A DNA stretch of 34,080 bases from a virus (taxonomy: Duplodnaviria > Heunggongvirae > Uroviricota > Caudoviricetes). The stretch is from IMG/VR virus record IMGVR_UViG_648276671_000020, positions 1 to 34,080 of that record; one strand, given 5' to 3'. Positions within the stretch are counted from its first letter, which is position 1, and each line of letters starts with the position of its first letter. The position numbers and the translations under genes were made by a program. Of the stretch, positions 17,665 to 26,341 are shown piece after piece. The notes under the pieces were generated by a model. It was not told where the DNA came from and made no database searches. It saw only the letters and a program-made list of their open reading frames with translations.

Positions 17665-17730
17665 TTGTGCCATTCCCGACACCTCATCGTTACATTGCCG
17701 CCGGTATGACCCGGCGGCATCCTTCCCGTT

Positions 17731-18365
17731 ATGAACACTCTCGCAAATATCCAGGAACTCGCGCGCGCACTGCGCAACATGATCCGCACCGGCCTTGTCG
17801 TCGAAACCAACCTTAAAGCCGGTCGCTGCCGTGTGCAGACCGGCGGCATGTGCACCGACTGGCTTCAGTGGCTGACCTGTCGTGCCGGGCGTTCGCGCAC
17901 ATGGTGGGCACCTTCCGTGGGGGAGCAGGTGCTGATTCTGGCGTGGGCGGTGAACTTGACACGGCGTTTGTTCTGCCGGGGATTTATTCCGGCGATAACC
18001 CCGCGCCGTCTGCGTCGGCGGATGCCCTGCATATCCGTTTCCCTGACGGGGCGGTGATTGAGTATGAACCCGAAACCAGTGCACTCACGGTAAGCGGAAT
18101 TAAAACGGCCAGCGTGACGGCTTCTGATTCTGTTACTGCCACGGTGCCGGTGGTCATGGTGAAAGCATCAACCCGCGTCACCCTGGACACACCGGAGGTG
18201 GTCTGCACCAACAGGCTGATTACCGGCACGCTGGAAGTGCAGAAGGGCGGGACGATGCGCGGCAACATTGAACACACCGGCGGTGAACTCTCATCAAACG
18301 GTAAGGTACTGCATACCCATAAACACCCCGGCGACAGCGGCGGCACAACCGGGAGCCCTCTATGA
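17731..18365 (+). pseudogene. V: Baseplate spike protein V, disrupted by a 1-nt frameshift
   Basis: Track ORF 17731..18057 carries the N-terminal 71 residues and ORF 17850..18365 carries the C-terminal 140 residues in a different frame. They join at about 17943 (CTGGCG-TGGGCGG). The sum is 211 aa, the size of P2 gpV. Confidence 0.7.
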
Positions 18366-18709
18366 CAGCGCGTTATCTCGGAATGAATCGCAGTGATGGC
18401 CTGACTGTCACTGACCTTGAGCATATCAGCCAGAGTATAGGCGATATCCTGCGCACACCTGTCGGCTCACGGGTGATGCGTCGTGATTACGGCTCGTTGC
18501 TGGCGTCAATGATTGACCAGCCGCAGACTCCGGCGCTTGAGTTGCAGATTAAGGTCGCCTGTTACATGGCAGTGCTGAAATGGGAACCCCGCGTCACCCT
18601 GTCATCCGTCACCACTGAGCGCAGTTTTGACGGGCGAATGACGGTCACGTTAACCGGCCAGCACAACGACACCGGCCAGCCACTTTCGTTAACCATCCCT
18701 GTGAGTTGA
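18362..18709 (+). CDS. W: Baseplate protein W (gp25-like)
   Basis: 115 aa, ATG overlaps the V stop. Confidence 0.85.
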   Translation: MTARYLGMNRSDGLTVTDLEHISQSIGDILRTPVGSRVMRRDYGSLLASMIDQPQTPALELQIKVACYMAVLKWEPRVTLSSVTTERSFDGRMTVTLTGQHNDTGQPLSLTIPVS

Positions 18710-18713
18710 AACC

Positions 18714-19622
18714 ATGCCGATTATCGACCTGAACCAGCTACCCGCACCGGATGTGGTCGAGGAGCTGGACTTTGAAACCATTCTCGCCGAACGCAAGGCG
18801 ACACTGATTTCCCTTTACCCGGAAGACCAGCAGGAGGCGGTCGCCCGTACCCTGACGCTGGAATCCGAGCCTCTCGTCAAACTGCTGGAGGAAAATGCTT
18901 ATCGTGAGCTTATCTGGCGTCAGCGTGTGAATGAGGCCGCACGGGCGGTGATGCTGGCCTGTGCCGCCGGTAATGACCTTGATGTGATTGGTGCCAATTA
19001 CAACACCACGCGCCTGACTATCACCCCGGCAGATGATTCGACCCTCCCGCCGACACCGGCAGTGATGGAATCTGACACCGATTATCGTCTGCGTATTCAG
19101 CAGGCGTTTGAAGGTTTAAGCGTCGCCGGGTCGGTGGGTGCCTATCAGTATCATGGTCGCAGTGCTGACGGGCGTGTCGCGGATATCTCTGTCACCAGTC
19201 CGTCTCCGGCCTGCGTCACCATCTCTGTGCTGTCACGTGAGAATAACGGTGTCGCATCCGAAGACCTGCTGGCGGTGGTGCGTAACGCCCTGAATGGCGA
19301 GGACGTCAGGCCGGTGGCCGACCGCGTGACCGTGCAGTCTGCCGCCATCGTTGAATACCAGATAAACGCCACGCTTTACCTTTACCCTGGTCCCGAAAGC
19401 GAACCCATACGCGCTGCCGCCGTGAAAAAACTGGAAGCGTACATCACGGCACAGCACCGGCTGGGGCGCGACATCCGTCTGTCTGCCATTTATGCCGCTT
19501 TGCATGTGGAGGGCGTGCAGCGTGTCGAGCTGGCGGCACCACTGGCCGACATCGTGCTCAACAGTACGCAGGCGTCTTTCTGTACCGAATACTGCGTCGT
19601 GACCGGAGGCTCGGATGAGTGA
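18714..19622 (+). CDS. J: Baseplate protein J
   Basis: 302 aa, the size and position of P2 gpJ. Confidence 0.85.
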   Translation: MPIIDLNQLPAPDVVEELDFETILAERKATLISLYPEDQQEAVARTLTLESEPLVKLLEENAYRELIWRQRVNEAARAVMLACAAGNDLDVIGANYNTTRLTITPADDSTLPPTPAVMESDTDYRLRIQQAFEGLSVAGSVGAYQYHGRSADGRVADISVTSPSPACVTISVLSRENNGVASEDLLAVVRNALNGEDVRPVADRVTVQSAAIVEYQINATLYLYPGPESEPIRAAAVKKLEAYITAQHRLGRDIRLSAIYAALHVEGVQRVELAAPLADIVLNSTQASFCTEYCVVTGGSDE

Positions 19623-20145
19623 TTCGCGACTGCTGCCGACCGGCTCATCACCGCTTGAAGTCGCCGCCGCAAAAGCCTGTGCGGAAATTGAAAAAACGCC
19701 GGTCAGTATTCGTGAGCAGTGGAACCCGGATACCTGTCCGGCAAATCTGCTTCCGTGGCTGGCGTGGGCGTTTTCGGTCGACAGGTGGGATGAAAAGTGG
19801 CCGGAAGCGACCAAACGCGCCGTTATTCGCGATGCCTATTTCATCCACTGTCATAAAGGCACTATAGGTGCAATCCGGCGTGTGGTGGAGCCGCTGGGCT
19901 ATCTCATCAACGTGACGGAGTGGTGGGAAACCAGTGACCCGCCGGGCACCTTCCGGCTTGATATTGGTGTACTGGAAAGCGGCATCACAGAGGCAATGTA
20001 TCAGGAAATGGAACGGCTGATTGCTGATGCCAAACCTGCAAGCCGCCACCTTATTGGCCTGAACATTACCCGGGACATTCCCGGCTACCTGTTCGCCGGT
20101 AGTGTGGCTTATGACGGCGATGTAATTACGGTTTACCCCGGATAA
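19615..20145 (+). CDS. I: Baseplate protein I
   Basis: 176 aa, the size and position of P2 gpI. Confidence 0.85.
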   Translation: MSDSRLLPTGSSPLEVAAAKACAEIEKTPVSIREQWNPDTCPANLLPWLAWAFSVDRWDEKWPEATKRAVIRDAYFIHCHKGTIGAIRRVVEPLGYLINVTEWWETSDPPGTFRLDIGVLESGITEAMYQEMERLIADAKPASRHLIGLNITRDIPGYLFAGSVAYDGDVITVYPG

Positions 20146-20155
20146 GTGAGGAATA

Positions 20156-22366
20156 ATGAGCACAAAATTCAGAACCGTTATCACCACTGCCGGTGCAGCA
20201 AAGCTGGCAGCGGCAACCGCACCGGGAGGGCGGAAGGTCAACATTACCACGATGGCCGTCGGGGATGGCGGGGGTAAATTGCCTGTCCCGGATGCCGGAC
20301 AGACCGGGCTTATCCATGAAGTCTGGCGACATGCGCTGAACAAAATCAGCCAGGACAAACGAAACAGTAATTATATTATCGCAGAGCTGGTTATTCCGCC
20401 GGAGGTGGGCGGTTTCTGGATGCGTGAGCTTGGCCTGTACGATGATGCGGGAACGTTAATTGCCGTGGCGAACATGGCCGAAAGTTATAAGCCTGCCCTT
20501 GCCGAAGGCTCAGGGCGTTCGCAGACCTGCCGCATGGTCATCATCGTCAGCAGTGTGGCCTCAGTGGAGCTGACTATCGACACCACAACGGTGATGGCAA
20601 CGCAGGATTACGTTGATGACAAGATTGCAGAGCATGAACAGTCACGACGTCACCCGGACGCCTCGCTGACCGCAAAAGGTTTTACTCAGTTAAGCAGTGC
20701 GACCAACAGTACGTCTGAAACGCTCGCCGCAACGCCGAAAGCGGTAAAGGCCGCATATGACCTTGCTAACGGGAAATATACTGCGCAGGATGCCACTACG
20801 GCGCGAAAAGGCCTTGTTCAGCTCAGTAGCGCCACCAACAGCGATTCTGAAACGCTTGCGGCAACGCCAAAGGCGGTAAAGGCCGCATATGACCTTGCTA
20901 ACGGGAAATACACTGCACAGGACGCCACCACCGCGCGAAAAGGCCTTGTTCAGCTCAGTAGCGCCACCAACAGCGACTCTGAAACGCTTGCGGCAACACC
21001 AAAGGCGGTTAAGACAGCGTATGACCTTGCTAACGGGAAATACACTGCACAGGATGCCACCACAGCGCGAAAAGGTCTTGTCCAGCTAAGTAGTGCCATC
21101 AACAGCGATTCTGAAACGCTGGCCGCAACACCAAAAGCGGTGAAGTCTGCCTATGACAACGCTGAAAAACGTCTTCAGAAAGATCAGAACGGTGCGGATA
21201 TTCCGGGAAAGGATACCTTCACGAAAAATATCGGTGCCTGTCGTGCTTATAGCGGTGCTTTGAGCACTGAAGCCGGAAACTGGACAACCGCGCAGTTTAT
21301 TGACTGGCTAGAGTCTCAGGGAGCCTTTAATCATCCCTACTGGATGTGCAAGTGTTCCTGGTCATACGGTAATAACAAAATTATTACCGATACTGACTGT
21401 GGGACGATTCATCTTGCAGGTTGCGTGATTGAGGTTATGGGCGTTAAAGCAGCAATGACCATTCGTGTGACCACTCCGAGTACATCAAGCAGTGGTGGTA
21501 CCACCAGTGCGCAATTCACGTATATCAATCACGGAGCTGATTATGCGCCGGGCTGGCGACGCGACTACAATACGAAAAATAAGCAACCGGCTTTTGCATT
21601 AGGGAAAACAGGAAATACGGTTGCAAATAATAAAGCAGTAGGATGGAACTGGGACAGTGGTGCTTATTGTGCACAGGATGGCGGAGCATCAAAAATGGTG
21701 CTGCATTTTTACACGGGTGAGGGAAGTTGTCCGGCAATGCAGTTTCTTGTGGATTATAAAAACAGGGGGATTTTTTACAGGTCGGCACGTGATGGGTATG
21801 GATTTGAGGCTGACTGGTCAGAGTTTTATACCACATCACGAAAGCCAACACCTGCGGATATTCTTGCTCTGGCATTATCAGGCGGAAGCATGTCAGGCAG
21901 CATAAAATTTATCAATGATGCCTTCCTGATTTGGGAAAGAAACACTGACTGGGCGAAAATTGGATTTAAAAATGATTCAGATGCTGATTCTGACTCATTC
22001 ATGTGGTTTGAAACTGGTGATAATGGCAATGAATATTTTAAATGGCGCATCAGGTCTGGCAGCACAACAAAAGATCTGATGACGCTTAAGTCTGATGCAC
22101 TACGAGTTACCGGGCAGGTGATACCATCAAATTTCAGCAATTTTGACTCCCGCTATGTCAGGGATCTCCGGCTTGGTGGTGCCGCCACATACAAACCTGC
22201 GAACAATGGCATGACATGGACACATCAGGCACCGTCCGGGTGTGTATATACCGGCATTATTGTTCAGGATACCGGCTCAAACTCTGCCGATAACATTGGT
22301 GGCGTATATTACAGACCGGTGCAGAAATACATTAACGGGACATGGTACAACGTGGCGCAGGTATAA
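20156..22366 (+). CDS. H: Tail fiber protein
   Basis: 736 aa. N-terminal region conserved P2-H-like, internal 44-aa tandem repeats, AT-richer C-terminal domain (CGTIHLAGC..., Trp/Tyr-rich). Confidence 0.9.
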   Translation: MSTKFRTVITTAGAAKLAAATAPGGRKVNITTMAVGDGGGKLPVPDAGQTGLIHEVWRHALNKISQDKRNSNYIIAELVIPPEVGGFWMRELGLYDDAGTLIAVANMAESYKPALAEGSGRSQTCRMVIIVSSVASVELTIDTTTVMATQDYVDDKIAEHEQSRRHPDASLTAKGFTQLSSATNSTSETLAATPKAVKAAYDLANGKYTAQDATTARKGLVQLSSATNSDSETLAATPKAVKAAYDLANGKYTAQDATTARKGLVQLSSATNSDSETLAATPKAVKTAYDLANGKYTAQDATTARKGLVQLSSAINSDSETLAATPKAVKSAYDNAEKRLQKDQNGADIPGKDTFTKNIGACRAYSGALSTEAGNWTTAQFIDWLESQGAFNHPYWMCKCSWSYGNNKIITDTDCGTIHLAGCVIEVMGVKAAMTIRVTTPSTSSSGGTTSAQFTYINHGADYAPGWRRDYNTKNKQPAFALGKTGNTVANNKAVGWNWDSGAYCAQDGGASKMVLHFYTGEGSCPAMQFLVDYKNRGIFYRSARDGYGFEADWSEFYTTSRKPTPADILALALSGGSMSGSIKFINDAFLIWERNTDWAKIGFKNDSDADSDSFMWFETGDNGNEYFKWRIRSGSTTKDLMTLKSDALRVTGQVIPSNFSNFDSRYVRDLRLGGAATYKPANNGMTWTHQAPSGCVYTGIIVQDTGSNSADNIGGVYYRPVQKYINGTWYNVAQV
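20676..21165 (+). repeat. Tandem 132-bp in-frame coding repeats (about 3.7 copies) within H
   Basis: The unit ARKGLVQLSSATNSDSETLAATPKAVKAAYDLANGKYTAQDATT is repeated with few substitutions; unit boundaries at about 20804, 20936 and 21068. Confidence 0.85.
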
Positions 22367-22369
22367 TTT

Positions 22370-22897
22370 ATGCAGCATTTGATAAATATAACGGCAGGTA
22401 ATCCAAAAACGGTTGAACAATATCAATTGACAAAGGACTTTGATGTTGTCTGGTTTTTTTCAGAAGATGGTAAGAACTGGTACGAAGAACAAAAGTATTT
22501 TGCTGATGACACGATAAAAATAGCGTACGACAAAGATAATATCATCCGCTATGTGGAAAAGGATGTGACAGCTATCAGACCAGATGGATTAAGTGTGGTT
22601 GAAGTGGCGGATATTACTGCTAACCGACGGGCGGATATTTCAGGGAACTGGATGTTTAAGGACGGCAAAGTGATTAAACGCATTTATACGGCAGAGGAAT
22701 TGCAGCAGCAGGCAGAAAACCGGAAAGCCAGACTTCTTGCAGATGCTGAATCCGTAATTTTGCCGCTGGAACGCGCTGTCAGGCTGAATATGGCGACGGA
22801 TGAGGAGCGCACACGACTGGAAGCATGGGAACTCTACAGCGTTCTGGTCAGTCGTGTGGATCCTGCAAATCCCGAATGGCCGGAAATGCCACAATAA
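22370..22897 (+). CDS. G: Tail fiber assembly chaperone
   Basis: 175 aa immediately after H, the size and position of P2 gpG. Confidence 0.85.
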   Translation: MQHLINITAGNPKTVEQYQLTKDFDVVWFFSEDGKNWYEEQKYFADDTIKIAYDKDNIIRYVEKDVTAIRPDGLSVVEVADITANRRADISGNWMFKDGKVIKRIYTAEELQQQAENRKARLLADAESVILPLERAVRLNMATDEERTRLEAWELYSVLVSRVDPANPEWPEMPQ

Positions 22898-22931
22898 GTT
22901 GTATGAGCTCTGGTGTGAGCTTACATATCTA

Positions 22932-22973
22932 TGGCACAGAGTAAAGCCTGATCTGACAGTCCGCTCTGTGCCA
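22932..22973. repeat. 10-bp perfect inverted repeat (TGGCACAGAG ... CTCTGTGCCA) with 22-nt loop
   Basis: Seen directly, about 35 bp after the G stop. No T-run, so not a canonical intrinsic terminator. Confidence 0.4.
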
Positions 22974-23272
22974 AGATCGGACCTTAGGCTTCAGTAATTT
23001 GGTTAGCACAACCCCTTTGATAAACATACAGCTACAGTATTGCTTTTATAAGGAGCGTAGTTTCAATAGGACACCCCAAACGTTAGTCGGGAAAAGCCGA
23101 CTGAAAAAAAACTTGTGTGGACAAGTAGTGTCCATTTAATGCCATTTTTAGATTAAAATGTGCCATTTTGAGGGTATTCTTAAACGTGCATAACGTTCTG
23201 ATTTATCATACACAGAGCCTTATCATTTGAAACCATTCCGATGTACATCAAACAATGATTACAAGAGAAATT

Positions 23273-24790
23273 ATGACACCGCCAACCAAAATTGATACAT
23301 CAAGTCTACTTACCATATTGGGCGTTATTGCTGCTGTATGGGCCCTTATTACGCCAAACGCTCGACTACGTTTAAGGTTCTGCCTAGCGTGGTGGGATTG
23401 GGTAATTGTTGGGTTTGCATTCTTACTAAGCAATTATTTGGTGTTTGCACCGGCTTTAAAATCACTAGACTTATATTTTAGCTTTGGCCCCTGGAAATGG
23501 GGATTAGATAGTTCAAGTGCCGTATACCTGATATCACTCGCAGTTGCTATTTACATTTTATTTCGCTTAAAAAACCCTAAACTCTCAATTGGAAGAACAG
23601 GGATATTTCTAGAGTTAGTGGAAAATTTGCACCTTACTAAACGATACGACGATCTGGCACAATTGTTGGCACCTCAACTAGAAAAATTAATATCAATAAT
23701 TGATAGACCTGTGAAGAATCGACTTTGTGATAAGATAGCTAACAATCTCCGCATCTCTAATCGCGAGACAGCTGCTGAACATGCACATGAAGCATTGTTA
23801 AATATTGTCTCATCACCTGAACTTACCAATCACTTTGCACTTGCGCACCCATCCCTCTGCCTTGAGTTAATCAAGATCGAGCCAATAGTTCGTTCTGACT
23901 TTACTTCTAATTTTATCAGTGCATTACTTGGTTCACCTAACAGTCGTCTATATGTTGAGCTTAAAAATAATCTTAACGTTAGTCGAGGACATCGTTTATT
24001 GATTCCAAAAAACAACCGTATATTACATTTTTTCTTTTCCAATGCTAAGTTTGCAGCTGATTTAGCAATATACCGTGATATCGGTGACTATCTCTACTGG
24101 AGGTTAGATGAAGATGAAAAAATTATTGCTGCACTTAATAAGTCTTTAGGTTCCTATTACGATGCTTCAAAATATAAATGTCCTATTTACTCAGGTGTCA
24201 CGCTGTTTGAAATTATGGTTCATGAAGGTATTCACCAGGGTCTTCAGGATCATTTATGGTTGCATTACTATTCATATTTTGCAAGGAAAATTATAAAGAA
24301 TATGAATAGGCAATCGGATGAATATAGTGGTGAATGGGAAACACCTTTTCACTTCCTTCTCTGTCATTTATTTAGCGTCGCTACAGATTGGGCAGAACAA
24401 TGCGAATGGATAGATGAAAAGGAGATTCCTCAAGAAAATAAAGAAATAGATAATTTCGATCTTCATTATATTTCAAAAGAGGCTACCAAATTACTTGGTG
24501 CTATGCTGCAGTTGGTTATGCCTAATAAAAAACTCACCTTGAAATCTAAAAAACATATTCTTGATATAGTTGTATCTTGTTATATTAGATTGAAAAGGAA
24601 TAAAAAATTAAAAGACGTCGCTGACTCATTATTAATTTTCACCACTAGAGGCGAAGGTAATTCAGCACCGCCGCATTATCGTAGAGAACTTCTAGAAATA
24701 TTCAATACCCTTGATGATTATCGATTAAGAACTGATGCCCCGGAATTCCGAGCAGCTATAGAGTCTGCTATTCAAGCAAGGCCGAATTAG
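23273..24790 (+). CDS. Membrane-anchored protein, function unknown (3 N-terminal TM helices plus large soluble domain)
   Basis: Track ORF 23255..24790; ATG at 23273 is an alternative start. Hydrophobic segments near residues 15-33, 43-66 and 85-103, then about 400 aa I cannot place in any family. AT-rich; sits at the P2 Z/fun cargo locus. Confidence 0.65.
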   Translation: MTPPTKIDTSSLLTILGVIAAVWALITPNARLRLRFCLAWWDWVIVGFAFLLSNYLVFAPALKSLDLYFSFGPWKWGLDSSSAVYLISLAVAIYILFRLKNPKLSIGRTGIFLELVENLHLTKRYDDLAQLLAPQLEKLISIIDRPVKNRLCDKIANNLRISNRETAAEHAHEALLNIVSSPELTNHFALAHPSLCLELIKIEPIVRSDFTSNFISALLGSPNSRLYVELKNNLNVSRGHRLLIPKNNRILHFFFSNAKFAADLAIYRDIGDYLYWRLDEDEKIIAALNKSLGSYYDASKYKCPIYSGVTLFEIMVHEGIHQGLQDHLWLHYYSYFARKIIKNMNRQSDEYSGEWETPFHFLLCHLFSVATDWAEQCEWIDEKEIPQENKEIDNFDLHYISKEATKLLGAMLQLVMPNKKLTLKSKKHILDIVVSCYIRLKRNKKLKDVADSLLIFTTRGEGNSAPPHYRRELLEIFNTLDDYRLRTDAPEFRAAIESAIQARPN

Positions 24791-25064
24791 GTAAATCAAC
24801 CACCTGCATAGCGGGTGGTTTAGACATAGACCTCTAAGCATGCCTGAAAGCAGAGGTACCTCTAAGTTTCGATGTCTAGGTGTTGATCGGCTGTAATCTG
24901 GTAACCAGGTCAAGCTTAAAATTTTCTCAACATAAACAAGTAGTATTTCAAATATTGAACCATACTGACTCCCCCACTTTTTATAAGATTATGGAAATTT
25001 TTTGTACCAGTAAGTTCGAAAATTAGTGTTGTTCTCATCAGTCGTTATGAATAATTTTGAACTT

Positions 25065-25128
25065 CCGCTCCTCGCTCACAGCGGACCCTCAACTCAGCCA
25101 GCAATGTCCGCTGCTTGCCAGGAGCGGA
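25065..25128. other. Nested stem-loop between convergent cargo genes
   Basis: Outer arms TCCGCTCC/GGAGCGGA and inner arms CAGCGGAC/GTCCGCTG, each 8 bp, separated by 7-nt internal loops with a 20-nt apical loop. GC-rich inside an AT-rich island. Confidence 0.4.
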
Positions 25129-25165
25129 CGTAGTTTAATCTCTACTATGTTAATAAGTAATGATA

Positions 25166-25918
25166 TTAAATAAACTCATCATCAAGAAAGCCTGTTGATA
25201 AAAAGTTCTGAATGTGAAGATAAAAAGAATAACGTGTATCTTCATTTTTTTTCTTCGATGTGTTGAGTTCCGGCTTGAGATTGTAAATAAGATGAGACTC
25301 TATAAAGTCAAGTAATTCTATAGCTAATGATGTCGGACTAATCCAATCCAGTGAAATATAGTCTTTTCCATCATAAAACCATGGGGTGGCTCTATATATC
25401 CTCTTTTTCATATTATTATATTTGGGATCTAGCAACTTTAAGGCAGCCGAGTGACCGCCAATAAACCTTTTGGAGTTAACGGTTTTTCCGACATAAACAA
25501 TGTGTTCATTGGTATCATCCATATCAGAGCATGATATTAAATAGATTGGTAATGAGGGTTTGGGAGGAATGCCGATTTTTTTTTCGATTATCACCCTCTC
25601 CTTTTCATGAATAAAAATGGGAAGCTTTCCATTAAATTCACTCTTCACATTCCCCAAGAATGAATCTGTATTTTTCCTAGCTTCATGCAGTCCGACCCAG
25701 TTAAGACTATTGACCTGATGGAGAGGACAGCATTCCTGTATTGATAACCAAGCCTCCCAATCACTTGATGGATTATCACTACAGTTTTGGCCCGAAAATC
25801 TGTGTGAAAGGAATTTTCTCCCCTCGAACCAGGCTTGCAACGGAATATATATATCTGAAGTGTTCTGCTCGACTTCAATTAATGGACTATTAGTATCCAA
25901 ATTTATGCCTCCTTTCAT
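25166..25918 (-). CDS. Hypothetical protein with a C-terminal GIY-YIG-like nuclease motif
   Basis: 250 aa. PIYLISCSDMDDTNEHIVYVGKTVNSKRF resembles the GIY-X(10-15)-YVGK..KR core of GIY-YIG domains (compare UvrC VIYVGKAKDLKKR as I recall it). GGAGG-type RBS before the ATG; AT-rich. Confidence 0.55.
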   Translation of the reverse strand: MKGGINLDTNSPLIEVEQNTSDIYIPLQAWFEGRKFLSHRFSGQNCSDNPSSDWEAWLSIQECCPLHQVNSLNWVGLHEARKNTDSFLGNVKSEFNGKLPIFIHEKERVIIEKKIGIPPKPSLPIYLISCSDMDDTNEHIVYVGKTVNSKRFIGGHSAALKLLDPKYNNMKKRIYRATPWFYDGKDYISLDWISPTSLAIELLDFIESHLIYNLKPELNTSKKKNEDTRYSFYLHIQNFLSTGFLDDEFI

Positions 25919-26218
25919 TAAGTATTTGCATAAAAATATCTAAAAATAAGAAATTCTTTAATTAAGATTATAAGTTAAATATAAGTACCAATGAAGCTTT
26001 GAATGATTTCGCATCAATAAATTAATTCTAACACAATACCATATAATAACGAAAAATGTCACTGCTTGGTCGTTGAGGATATGACATTGCAATTAAAGAG
26101 AAAACCTTAACACACTATCTATAACGTCCGTTTCTCGCTCAAAGCAGACTGTCAGATTTGATAGCATTTGGGCTATGTAAATTGTCAGGCGGAAAATGAG
26201 TGAGTACAAATCAGGACA

Positions 26219-26245
26219 GGCGGGCGAATTGCCCGCCTTTTCTTT
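26219..26245 (+). terminator. Intrinsic terminator upstream of the FI late promoter region
   Basis: Hairpin GGCGGGC-GAATT-GCCCGCC followed by TTTTCTTT on the plus strand. Confidence 0.45.
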
Positions 26246-26341
26246 ATCTGTTGTTTCATCCACTGACCAGCCAGGTCAAATAGCGTCTCATGCTCTGCAC
26301 AACAGAAAATAGTTGCACCCATTAACCACGGAGTTAAACGG

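Noticed and set aside
20676-21165. Tandem repeats considered as a possible CRISPR array or noncoding satellite
   Set aside because: The 132-bp units are contiguous with no unique spacers and sit in frame inside the tail fiber gene H; they are protein repeats. The 66-aa ORF 20889..21089 is an alternate-frame artefact of the same repeats.
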